Assembly (NCBI RefSeq): GCF_003367075.2
Contig: NZ_CP065936.1
Coordinates: 360,001 to 392,000, forward strand
DNA: 32,000 nt
Source: Cylindrospermopsis raciborskii Cr2010
GTDB lineage: Bacteria; Cyanobacteriota; Cyanobacteriia; Cyanobacteriales; Nostocaceae
Direction of reading: 5' to 3'
Made by a program: the position numbers and the translations under genes. Below the pieces are notes generated by a model, which worked only from the letters and a program-made list of their open reading frames with translations, was not told the origin of the DNA and ran no database searches. The first letter of the stretch is position 1. Every line of letters begins with the position of its first letter. This document shows, piece by piece, positions 19,509 through 27,950 of the stretch.

Positions 19509-22070
19509 TTAAGTGTACTCATAGATATGTTGCTGGTCAATAGATGCAATATCACTAAGAATTTCCAACCAGGTAGGTATGGTCAATTCTAAGGTTGTGT
19601 CTCCAGCAGCAATATATCTAAGTAGTTCTTCTTTTTTCAATAAGTTTTGCAAACTGGGGATGATTTGATCTAAGATTCCCTCCAATTCTAAATTTATCTG
19701 TCGGTTTACTTCGCTCACATATTGAATCAAATGTAAACTAGCACTAGTAATAATTTCATCTCTTAATCGTAAAATAAAAACTTGGTGATTTGTACTGCTA
19801 GACAAATATTGACTTCTTTCCACAGACCAATCAAATACTTGTCCTGTATCATGCTTCTCATCCTGTTTGGCTAGGGGAAATATATTTTCCGGTATTATGG
19901 GTTTATCTTGATTCTCTATTTCCTCAATAATTGCCTCCTTCCATTGATTTGGTTTTGATGCTAACAACAGTCTATAGAATAGGTCTGCTGCTTCTGCTCC
20001 AAACTTATCTTCCATCAATTCTTCCAGTTCGGGATTGAGCGCTAATTTTTCTGACTCCAAATTGATGGTATTAGTTAATTTGACCAATAAATCTATTACA
20101 GATTGCCTAATACAATCTCTAGCAAATTTTTCCATATCTTTAATAGTTTGGGCAAAAACGGGATAGAAATCATCACTTTTCGTGGGCAATGTATTATTAA
20201 CCTTGGTTCCACGATCTGCACGATCAAATAATTTCCCCGCCGCACCTTTAGATTCTACCAAGGCAATTCTACCACCTTGCAATTTATTAAAAAATAAAGT
20301 CCACTGATTCCAGCTGAGAATTTGATAAGTTAATTCATCTTTGATAAGACTACTAACTACTAAACCACGTCTATCTTTTAGAGGTTCCTTACCCAAATCC
20401 CTACGAAAATTACGGTAGACTTTATCCAAACTCTCAATAGCCAATCGCAAATCAACTAGGGCTTGACTATCAGCAGCAGGTACGCCCTGGGCCTGAATTT
20501 CAGCCACAATATCTTTCAATTGTTCCTGTTGTTGACGAATAAGATCCGCCCCTCTGCGAGTATCTTCATATAACTGTTTTAACCCATGGGTATTCACATG
20601 ATTTTGAATCAATTCCCTTAACTTGCTCACACCTCCATCCCGAGCAAAATAATCCAATTGTCTACCCAAAATACTGCGGGAATCCTGGCTTAATAATTTC
20701 TGGCTTAACCTCCCCCATTTTTCTTGTAATTTTTTTGGTCGTTCCAGATAATCGGGATAATCTATATTTGCCAAAAATTCATCTGAACCAGCTTTCACCT
20801 TAGTTGAACGTTTGGATAATTCCGCTAACCCCAACAATGGCGATAATAGAACAATTCTGTCATCTTCACTGGTAAAAGCTCTCCCACTATCAATAATAGT
20901 TTCCAAAATTTTTAAATTTTCTAAAACTACTTCAGTTTCTAAAGCTTTATCATGGTATTCTTCAGCAATTAGACTGTCTAAAATCCTTTCCCCCCCTTCA
21001 TTCTCTAAAGGTAATTGATCGAAACGTCCTACCCCTACCAAAATTAAATCCTTTAAATCTTGACCTGGACGCTGTTGCTGCATCATCGTAAATATCTTAT
21101 TGGCGCGATCGCTCCCTGGGGATTTGCCATTTAATAGCACCAAAATAGTTTGTACCTGAGCTAATTCTCGTAAAGAAAGAAAAGTATCTCTAGCACCGGA
21201 ATTGGCTGCACCCAACCCAGGAAAATCCAACAGAACAAATTCTTCTGCTCCGGTCAAATCCCAAATTTCCCTAGATATTTTCACCTGAATATCCACTCTC
21301 CGAATCAAGGGAAAACTATTTTGTAATAATTGGGATGGCAAAATTTGTGGCGCTTTGGGCAATCTAATATGAGCTGGAGGTAAATCCTCAAATCGTAACG
21401 TTTGAATTGCCATAGGCAATTCAACTAACTGTAGACCATTTTTGGCAGTTTTGGCATCAATAGTATAGGTTTTATCACATAGAGATTCACCATAAGCTTG
21501 ATAAGAACGTAAAAATAATACTAACTCTCGTAATAAATAGCGCAGTTCCAAATTATTAGAGCTTTGCCAAGCTTCTTCACACCAGGAAGAAATATCCTTA
21601 CCAGTTTTAATTTTACCAACCTGTAAAGGTGGTAACCCAGCAGCAACCGCACGGCGATTGGCTTCCGATAACATAAAATGTAAACATTCGTTCACACCCT
21701 CATGAGATAAATACTCAACACTATAACTAGTTACTTGAGTAGTACTAAAATTCTCCTGTAGTTGAATATGAATAGCAGTGACATTTCCCGTCGTAGGATT
21801 TTCACTAACTGGTAGAGCATCCGCATAACCAATTAAACTACCCAACAACAAACTTTTGCCACTGCTAAACTCGCCCATGACACCAATTTTCACAGGAGAG
21901 TTAGCCATTTCCACTGTTTTTTCAGCAGCACCTCGTAACTGCAGTAAACATTCATCTAAACGGGAGGGAATCCAATCTTCCTGCTCAGACAGATGGAGAG
22001 GTACAGAGTCAATTTTACGAAGGATAAATTCAGCGTAGTCTTGAAACCTGGTTAATTTGTCTAGTTCCAT
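19509..22070 (-). CDS. Dynamin-like large GTPase
   Basis: 853 aa; G1 GVMGEFSSGKSLLLGSLIG, candidate G2 NPTTGNVTA, G3 LLDFPGLG; noncanonical G4 region VGVGRFDQL; long C-terminal half. Confidence 0.85.
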   Translation of the reverse strand: MELDKLTRFQDYAEFILRKIDSVPLHLSEQEDWIPSRLDECLLQLRGAAEKTVEMANSPVKIGVMGEFSSGKSLLLGSLIGYADALPVSENPTTGNVTAIHIQLQENFSTTQVTSYSVEYLSHEGVNECLHFMLSEANRRAVAAGLPPLQVGKIKTGKDISSWCEEAWQSSNNLELRYLLRELVLFLRSYQAYGESLCDKTYTIDAKTAKNGLQLVELPMAIQTLRFEDLPPAHIRLPKAPQILPSQLLQNSFPLIRRVDIQVKISREIWDLTGAEEFVLLDFPGLGAANSGARDTFLSLRELAQVQTILVLLNGKSPGSDRANKIFTMMQQQRPGQDLKDLILVGVGRFDQLPLENEGGERILDSLIAEEYHDKALETEVVLENLKILETIIDSGRAFTSEDDRIVLLSPLLGLAELSKRSTKVKAGSDEFLANIDYPDYLERPKKLQEKWGRLSQKLLSQDSRSILGRQLDYFARDGGVSKLRELIQNHVNTHGLKQLYEDTRRGADLIRQQQEQLKDIVAEIQAQGVPAADSQALVDLRLAIESLDKVYRNFRRDLGKEPLKDRRGLVVSSLIKDELTYQILSWNQWTLFFNKLQGGRIALVESKGAAGKLFDRADRGTKVNNTLPTKSDDFYPVFAQTIKDMEKFARDCIRQSVIDLLVKLTNTINLESEKLALNPELEELMEDKFGAEAADLFYRLLLASKPNQWKEAIIEEIENQDKPIIPENIFPLAKQDEKHDTGQVFDWSVERSQYLSSSTNHQVFILRLRDEIITSASLHLIQYVSEVNRQINLELEGILDQIIPSLQNLLKKEELLRYIAAGDTTLELTIPTWLEILSDIASIDQQHIYEYT

Positions 22071-22167
22071 ATTAGTCTTTTTAATCTGAGTGAAACTCTA
22101 TTGAATTCGCGATTCCTCCCATTTTATCCATCTTACTGAAGTTTGGGAGGTCTTTTCCAACTTTCAG

Positions 22168-22608
22168 TTAAGGTTGAGGGTTTGGCGAGTTCTTGAACCG
22201 AGAAAGATGAACCCTATAGACATATTTTCCTTTGGATAGATTTCCCACATATACCTTGTACTCTCCAGGAGACCAAAATCCAGTCATTTCTGGTTGATTT
22301 CCGTCTGGTAACATACAGAAACGTCCACCCGGACCATCAACTAGTAATGTGGCTTTTTCTTCCCCTTCTAGTGTCAGTCTCAGATAGGGTATGGGTTCTT
22401 TGACCACAATAATTTGATTGGGTTGGCTAGGAATAAGGCCACAGTCCCTTTTAACTCTTGCTAGGGAATTACCACTAATAACTAGTGGATCCGGAGAAAG
22501 TTCCTGTTTAATCTCGATAACTCCCTGTTGTGCTATCACACCCTGGTTCCATGGCAAACCTATGAGGAGGTTAACTGTAAGAAAGGTTAGTAATTTTAGT
22601 GTTTTCAT
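22168..22608 (-). CDS. Hypothetical exported protein
   Basis: Start chosen at MKTLKLLTFLTVNLLIGLPWNQGVIAQQ, a likely signal peptide; the track ORF extends to 22671. Confidence 0.6.
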   Translation of the reverse strand: MKTLKLLTFLTVNLLIGLPWNQGVIAQQGVIEIKQELSPDPLVISGNSLARVKRDCGLIPSQPNQIIVVKEPIPYLRLTLEGEEKATLLVDGPGGRFCMLPDGNQPEMTGFWSPGEYKVYVGNLSKGKYVYRVHLSRFKNSPNPQP

Positions 22609-22842
22609 TTTCACCTGTGCATCCGTAAACACTTGGATAGAAATTTTGATTAATTTGACCAAACTACTCAAGTTTTGTTCCCGGTTTTACCGTTTTAGGT
22701 ACATTATTAATTGAACTATCCTGATATAACACGGGACAAATGGAAAATCCTGACTATGGAGTGAGATTTTGTTGACCTTCTCCCCTATTCAATTGTAGAT
22801 TTATATGTACATGTAAATTTACAGGGGCGATGATAAAACATC

Positions 22843-23178
22843 ATGAGTTCTCAACCACAAGAAGAATGGAAACGTCGCATCCAAGAGTTAAAATCGGAAA
22901 TTAATTCATTTTACTCTGATCGACCACAGGGTACACAACTGCGTCAAAACATTATTAATCAGGTAAATAGCTATTGGAATCAATATCAAACTTGGTTTCA
23001 AAGTTTATCTAGTATGAAAAAGGTCGCTGTTGCTGCCATTACCATCATATTATGTTTTCTAACCTTACAAACAGTATTTAGACTGTTAATTTCCATTATC
23101 AGTCTGGTGGTGTTGGGGGTGTTAGTATATCTTGGTTACAGGTTTTTACTTAACAAAAACTTATTCAATAAGCCTTAA
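22843..23178 (+). CDS. Small membrane protein, unknown function
   Basis: 111 aa; charged N-terminal half and a C-terminal hydrophobic hairpin (VAVAAITIILCFLTLQTVFRLLISIISLVVLGVLVYLGYRFLL). Close 43-bp spacing to the next gene. Confidence 0.65.
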   Translation: MSSQPQEEWKRRIQELKSEINSFYSDRPQGTQLRQNIINQVNSYWNQYQTWFQSLSSMKKVAVAAITIILCFLTLQTVFRLLISIISLVVLGVLVYLGYRFLLNKNLFNKP

Positions 23179-23221
23179 CCTATTTACTTCAAGTATAGTT
23201 CAACTATATACGAATTCGTCA

Positions 23222-25270
23222 ATGGATAATCAATCTAGTCCGTCTCCTCAACCACAAAAAACCAAATCCCTAGCCCTACCAGCAAGACGTTTGCTCGCTT
23301 GGTTAGCAGAAATAACCTTAGTGACAGCTAGTGGAGTGATTCCCTTTAGTGTTGGGGCTTATATTAATTCCCAAACCGATTTACAAAGAACACCTTTAAA
23401 TCCAGTTTTAGCAGGAATAGAAAGAGCGATCGCACAGCCATTGGCCCTACCAGTTAATTATGGCATTCGCAATGTAGCCAGTCCCACCAATTTTTTATGG
23501 AGTATGGGGTTGTTAACACCTATTACTCTTGCAGGTTGGCAATTATACTTATTAGCCACAACAGGTAGCACCCTTGTCAAAAAGAAGTTAGGAATCAAGG
23601 TAGTTAACAAAGAAGGAAAACCCCCCGGTGTTAAAGCCATTATCATTCGTGAGGGAATAGGGCGTTGGGGTATTCCAGCGAGTATAGCTTATGTGTTGTG
23701 GCGTTATAGTTTTGCCTTTCCTAACCTGGAACTATTTACATTTTTAGTTCTAGTAATGGTAATAGCAGAAAGTATAGGTATTAATTCTCGCAAACACCCT
23801 CGTGCCATCCATGATCAGTTAGCTGATACATACACCATAGATATTAATATAGCAATCCCTGGTAAACAACTAAGAGAAAGTTCCCCATCTCACCCCATCA
23901 CCAATTTTACCTTTAACTTTCCCCCCAATCTGACTTTGATTGTAGCCGGTGCAACGGGTATGATAGCCCTATTATCAACCCTGGTGGGTACACAAATATA
24001 TATTCAAAACCAAGCCAATCAAAGACAAACCCAGCTGGTAAACAATCAAAACTTCCTAGAACTGAGCAAACAAATTAACCCCCAGTCTGGTACTAGCATT
24101 GAGGAACGCCAACGAGCAATTCTTGCCATGGGTGGAGTTAACGATCTCCAGTCAATCAAGTATCTAGTAGATTTACTGACTAAAGAAACCGATTCCAGCA
24201 TATTGAATACTATCCAACAAGCATTATCCAATATAGGAATCACATCCATACCGGAACTAAAACGGGTCAACCAGTTCATTGGCAAAGAAATCAAATCCGG
24301 TGCTATTTCTGGTAGTGTGGGGGAACAACTGTTAAACATCAACCAACAGACCATCAACAAAATATTAGCCATTTATAGTGGCAAAACTCACGACTTAGAC
24401 TTAACAGGGATTCAATTAGGTCCGCAAAATGCCGAAGAAAATTCTCAATTTCAATTAGTGCTAGAAAATGTAGATTTATCCGGGTTGATACTTAAATCTG
24501 CCAGTCTTAACCAATCTAGTTTTAAAGGCAGTCGTTTTCGCAGTGTGGGAGAAGATGGTCGTTGGGACACCTACGATGATATTATAGCCGACTTGAGTAA
24601 AGCCCAACTAAAAAGATCCAATCTATCCAACGCCAATCTCAGTCGAGTTTTAATGAGTCGTGTAAATCTAAGTCGTTCGGTGTTAAACAGAGCAAATCTA
24701 GCAAGTAGCAAGTTGATAGATGCCAACCTTAGCAGTGCCCAACTTGTAGGTTCAGATCTACAACAAGCGACCTTGCAAGATGCCGTTCTCACCGGAGCAG
24801 ATATTAGCGGTGCACAGCTACAAGAAGCCGATTTATATGCTGCTCAATTGGCTCGGGTTTCTGCTATAGGATCCCAACTTTCCCATGCCAACTTAACTAA
24901 AACTAATTGGCAAGGTGCAGACCTCTCCGAATCTTATTTAAATCATGCCAACTTAAACAGTGCTAATTTTAGTGCTGCCAATCTTTCTGGTGCTATTTTG
25001 CGTTATGCTAACATGACTAACACAAACCTACGCAGTGCTGATATTAGTCGTGCTGATTTAAGAGGGGCAAATTTGGAAGGTACGGATTTTCAGGGAGCGA
25101 TCTTATTTCCTGGTAAACAGGATCCTAAAGATAGATTTGTAGAAACCTCAGATCTTGGTTCCCAAGCAGCTATTGTTCAGGGTGTAGATTTTAGCAATGC
25201 TAAAAACTTAGATGTTCAACAATTAGCCTTCATTTGCACCAATAGAGGAATTCATCCTCGTTGTCCATAA
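23222..25270 (+). CDS. RDD-like membrane domain + pentapeptide repeat protein (HglK-like)
   Basis: Start chosen at MDNQSSPSPQPQKTK. RDD-like N-terminus (LPARRLLAWLAEITLV...), fourth TM about residues 230-250, C-terminal pentapeptide repeats (ANLSRVLMSRVNLSRSVLNRANLASSKLIDANLSSAQL...). Overall layout matches the description of the Anabaena HglK protein. Confidence 0.85.
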   Translation: MDNQSSPSPQPQKTKSLALPARRLLAWLAEITLVTASGVIPFSVGAYINSQTDLQRTPLNPVLAGIERAIAQPLALPVNYGIRNVASPTNFLWSMGLLTPITLAGWQLYLLATTGSTLVKKKLGIKVVNKEGKPPGVKAIIIREGIGRWGIPASIAYVLWRYSFAFPNLELFTFLVLVMVIAESIGINSRKHPRAIHDQLADTYTIDINIAIPGKQLRESSPSHPITNFTFNFPPNLTLIVAGATGMIALLSTLVGTQIYIQNQANQRQTQLVNNQNFLELSKQINPQSGTSIEERQRAILAMGGVNDLQSIKYLVDLLTKETDSSILNTIQQALSNIGITSIPELKRVNQFIGKEIKSGAISGSVGEQLLNINQQTINKILAIYSGKTHDLDLTGIQLGPQNAEENSQFQLVLENVDLSGLILKSASLNQSSFKGSRFRSVGEDGRWDTYDDIIADLSKAQLKRSNLSNANLSRVLMSRVNLSRSVLNRANLASSKLIDANLSSAQLVGSDLQQATLQDAVLTGADISGAQLQEADLYAAQLARVSAIGSQLSHANLTKTNWQGADLSESYLNHANLNSANFSAANLSGAILRYANMTNTNLRSADISRADLRGANLEGTDFQGAILFPGKQDPKDRFVETSDLGSQAAIVQGVDFSNAKNLDVQQLAFICTNRGIHPRCP

Positions 25271-25292
25271 CTATAAGGAGTGTTAAACTGTT

Positions 25293-25784
25293 ATGAAATG
25301 TACTCAACGCTTAGTTTCTCTTTTAGGTATTGGGTTGGTTTTTAGCTTATTGATGAATCAAAAACCCGCACTAGCGCAAGTAGCTTATGGTAGTTATGTG
25401 GGTGTAGGACCAACGGTGGACACCCAAAACGGTCAAGTTGGTGGAATCTTAGCCTTTCGATATAAGTTATTAGAAGCTCCAGTTTCCTTCCGCACCCAAG
25501 CTCTAATTGGTAAAGGTACAGCAGTAGTGCCCACCGTTTCCTACGACGTTCCCATTAATTGGCAAACTGATATTTACTTAGGAGCAGGTGTGGTTTTGAC
25601 CAGTGGTGACACCCCTTCCCCCGTTGGTAATAAAATCAGTTTTGCCCTCCAACCCGGTATTGACTATGCCATACCCAATAGCAGTGCAGTAATTTTTGGT
25701 AACGCCATTATTGCCTTTGACGCTTACCGTAATAGTAGTTCCACAGCTGTTTCAGTACAAGGTGGTGTTGGTTTGAGATTTTAA
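25293..25784 (+). CDS. Hypothetical exported, probably outer-membrane beta-barrel-like protein
   Basis: Signal-like N-terminus (LVSLLGIGLVFSLLMNQKPALAQ) then alternating-strand sequence ending with aromatic residue (VSVQGGVGLRF). Confidence 0.6.
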   Translation: MKCTQRLVSLLGIGLVFSLLMNQKPALAQVAYGSYVGVGPTVDTQNGQVGGILAFRYKLLEAPVSFRTQALIGKGTAVVPTVSYDVPINWQTDIYLGAGVVLTSGDTPSPVGNKISFALQPGIDYAIPNSSAVIFGNAIIAFDAYRNSSSTAVSVQGGVGLRF

Positions 25785-25803
25785 CTAACCTTTACCTATA
25801 TTT

Positions 25804-26583
25804 ATGATACGCGTTTTAATTCTTGGTGGTACCGGTGATGCCATAGAAATCACTAACAAAATAAATCAAATTCCGGAAATACAGGCGATCGCATCGTGGG
25901 CGGGTCGAACCAAGAATCCGGTTATGCCCCCTAACGTGCGCATTGGCGGTTTTGGGGGTGTACCTGGGTTAGTAGAATATTTACGGGAACAGAAAATTGA
26001 TATTGTAATTGATGGGAGTCATCCGTTTGCGGATAGGATATCTTGGAATGCGGACACAGCAGCTAGAGAGGTAGGGATTCCCCGATTATTATTTCATCGT
26101 CCAGGTTGGGAAAAAGAACCGGGGGATAATTGGATTGAAGTAGAGAACAATAGGGAAGCTGCGGTCATTTTAGATAAGCAGAGAGTGAGTCACCAAGTTT
26201 TTAAAAACCAAATCAACCCAATCAAAAGAGTTTTTTTAACCATAGGTAGACAAGAAATAGGAGCTTTTGCTCATCTAGAGGAAATATGGTTTTTAATGCG
26301 AATGATTGATCCTCCAGAGGTAGATAGTAAGATTCCGCGTGGAGAGATATTATTCAATAGAGGACCCTTTGATTTGAGAGACGAAAGAGAGATTTGCACC
26401 CGATATAATATAGATGCGATCGTCAGTAAAAACAGTGGGGGGAGCGCCACCTACCCAAAAATTATAGCAGCAAGGGAGATGGGTATACCAGTGGTGATGG
26501 TAAAGCGTCCACCCCTACCACCTGGAGAACAGGTAACAGATGTGGAAGGTGTGATCAATTGGCTAATAGATAAAATAAGGTAG
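25804..26583 (+). CDS. cobK: Precorrin-6A/cobalt-precorrin-6A reductase
   Basis: 259 aa, MIRVLILGGTGDAIEITNKI..., VIDGSHPFADRIS, ILFNRGPFDLRDE, NSGGSATYPKIIAAREMGIPVVMVKRP motifs. Confidence 0.93.
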   Translation: MIRVLILGGTGDAIEITNKINQIPEIQAIASWAGRTKNPVMPPNVRIGGFGGVPGLVEYLREQKIDIVIDGSHPFADRISWNADTAAREVGIPRLLFHRPGWEKEPGDNWIEVENNREAAVILDKQRVSHQVFKNQINPIKRVFLTIGRQEIGAFAHLEEIWFLMRMIDPPEVDSKIPRGEILFNRGPFDLRDEREICTRYNIDAIVSKNSGGSATYPKIIAAREMGIPVVMVKRPPLPPGEQVTDVEGVINWLIDKIR

Positions 26584-27895
26584 GGATATTTATTTGTATT
26601 AGAGAAATAATTTCTATAACTTGTTTTGTCATTAGAGTTACTGCTATGATGATCATCATAGCCAATGTGATTTTCCCACCGGGAATCAGGGACTGGTAAA
26701 TAGAATTTGGTAGTTTTTGTCGTTGTTGCCAACTAACAATTGCGGGAATAATAGCACCCAAAATTGAAACAGTGAGGATCCCACTATATTCTATAGCTAT
26801 AAAAAAGATGTAGGGGTTGATTGTGCCCAAACCCAGGGGTGGAAGCAGCACCAGAGAGAAAATAGGTAACCGGGAAATTTTCATCTGATTGAGACGGTAA
26901 AGATCCTGAAAGAAATCAATCAATCCATAGACAAAACCAATAAAGGATGTGACAATAGCAAATTCCGAGAACACAGTTAATATGATCGCCAAAACTTCTC
27001 CTGCTCCCCCTGCTTGTAAAACTTGTAAGGGATCGAAAATAGATCCGTTAGGTTGATTTATTTGCCAAAATTCAAAATTCACACTGCCCAAAATAACAGT
27101 ATTCCAGCAAAGAAATAAAATTAGAGGAATACCAGAACCAATGATAATAGATTTTCTAATTTTGGGGATATCTCCTTCCAATTGAGTCACTACCACAGGA
27201 ACAATATTCTGATAAAAAAGAGTCACACAAATAACTGAAATAGCACCACCCACAGCGGTCCAATTTTGGAACAAGAATAGAGAAGTTTTTATATGACCAA
27301 CCCCCAAAAATAATATTCCCATAAAGGAAACAATCACAATTCCTACCAACACATTATTTAATTTTTCCACAAATTTCTCTTTCCCCCAATACAACATCCC
27401 TCCAAATAATATAGTAAAAGTTGTTGTACCTAACCAATGGGGTAAATCCTGATCTAAATTGCATATTTTGGCAAAAGTAGATATGAGGATATCTCCCCCT
27501 CGACTAATATATGCCACCAAAATAGCATAATGCTCAATTAAATAAGCAGCACCTGCTATTCTTGCTCCTAAATTACCCAATTTTTTTTCCACAATTGCCA
27601 AAAAACCAATGTGAGCAATTCCCTCCATACTCATCACATTTACAGTAATTTCTGCAATTAGTAACCCCGATAATAGGGTGTAGAGCCAAACCAGACAAAT
27701 GGCAACATTAGAAGGTAATACACCTGAAGGTAGGGTAACTGCAGGTAGGGCAAGAATACCAGCACCAATGGTAGTTCCAGTGATTAAAGCTGTGCTACCT
27801 AAAAGGCTACCCGGTTGATGATTTAATCGCTCTCCATCAAATTTGAGGTGAGAAAACAATCGGGTGCTTTGGTCTGGGAAATTTTTTTCTGGCAT
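26555..27895 (-). CDS. Aromatic amino acid permease (HAAAP/TyrP-like)
   Basis: Start chosen at MPEKNFPDQSTRLF. Multi-TM protein with LLGSTALITGTTIGAGILALPAVTLPSGVLPS. Confidence 0.88.
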   Translation of the reverse strand: MPEKNFPDQSTRLFSHLKFDGERLNHQPGSLLGSTALITGTTIGAGILALPAVTLPSGVLPSNVAICLVWLYTLLSGLLIAEITVNVMSMEGIAHIGFLAIVEKKLGNLGARIAGAAYLIEHYAILVAYISRGGDILISTFAKICNLDQDLPHWLGTTTFTILFGGMLYWGKEKFVEKLNNVLVGIVIVSFMGILFLGVGHIKTSLFLFQNWTAVGGAISVICVTLFYQNIVPVVVTQLEGDIPKIRKSIIIGSGIPLILFLCWNTVILGSVNFEFWQINQPNGSIFDPLQVLQAGGAGEVLAIILTVFSEFAIVTSFIGFVYGLIDFFQDLYRLNQMKISRLPIFSLVLLPPLGLGTINPYIFFIAIEYSGILTVSILGAIIPAIVSWQQRQKLPNSIYQSLIPGGKITLAMMIIIAVTLMTKQVIEIISLIQINIPTLFYLLAN

Positions 27896-27950
27896 ATCAC
27901 ACGCTAATGGCAAGTTTTCAAAAACTTATTTTACTATCATTGTAATGTTA

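Noticed and set aside
17985-21018. Plus-strand ORFs 17985..18269 and 20812..21018 opposite the two giant genes
   Set aside because: Antisense to long, motif-supported coding regions; no independent signal.
16469-22070. Phage-defence island interpretation of the dynamin-like/Hsp70-like pair
   Set aside because: Some bacterial dynamins act in defence, but here there is no transposase, integrase, nuclease, restriction or other defence gene nearby, and the flanks look like core chromosome. It is left as a candidate envelope system instead.
22801-22823. NtcA-type binding site (GTA-N8-TAC) upstream of the 22843 gene
   Set aside because: The available GTA...TAC pairs have spacings of 10 and 4, not 8, so only the palindromes are reported.
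23458-24792. Minus-strand ORFs (23458..23646, 24046..24372, 24571..24792) opposite the pentapeptide gene
   Set aside because: Shadow ORFs. The one opposite the pentapeptide repeats is a by-product of the repeating codon pattern.
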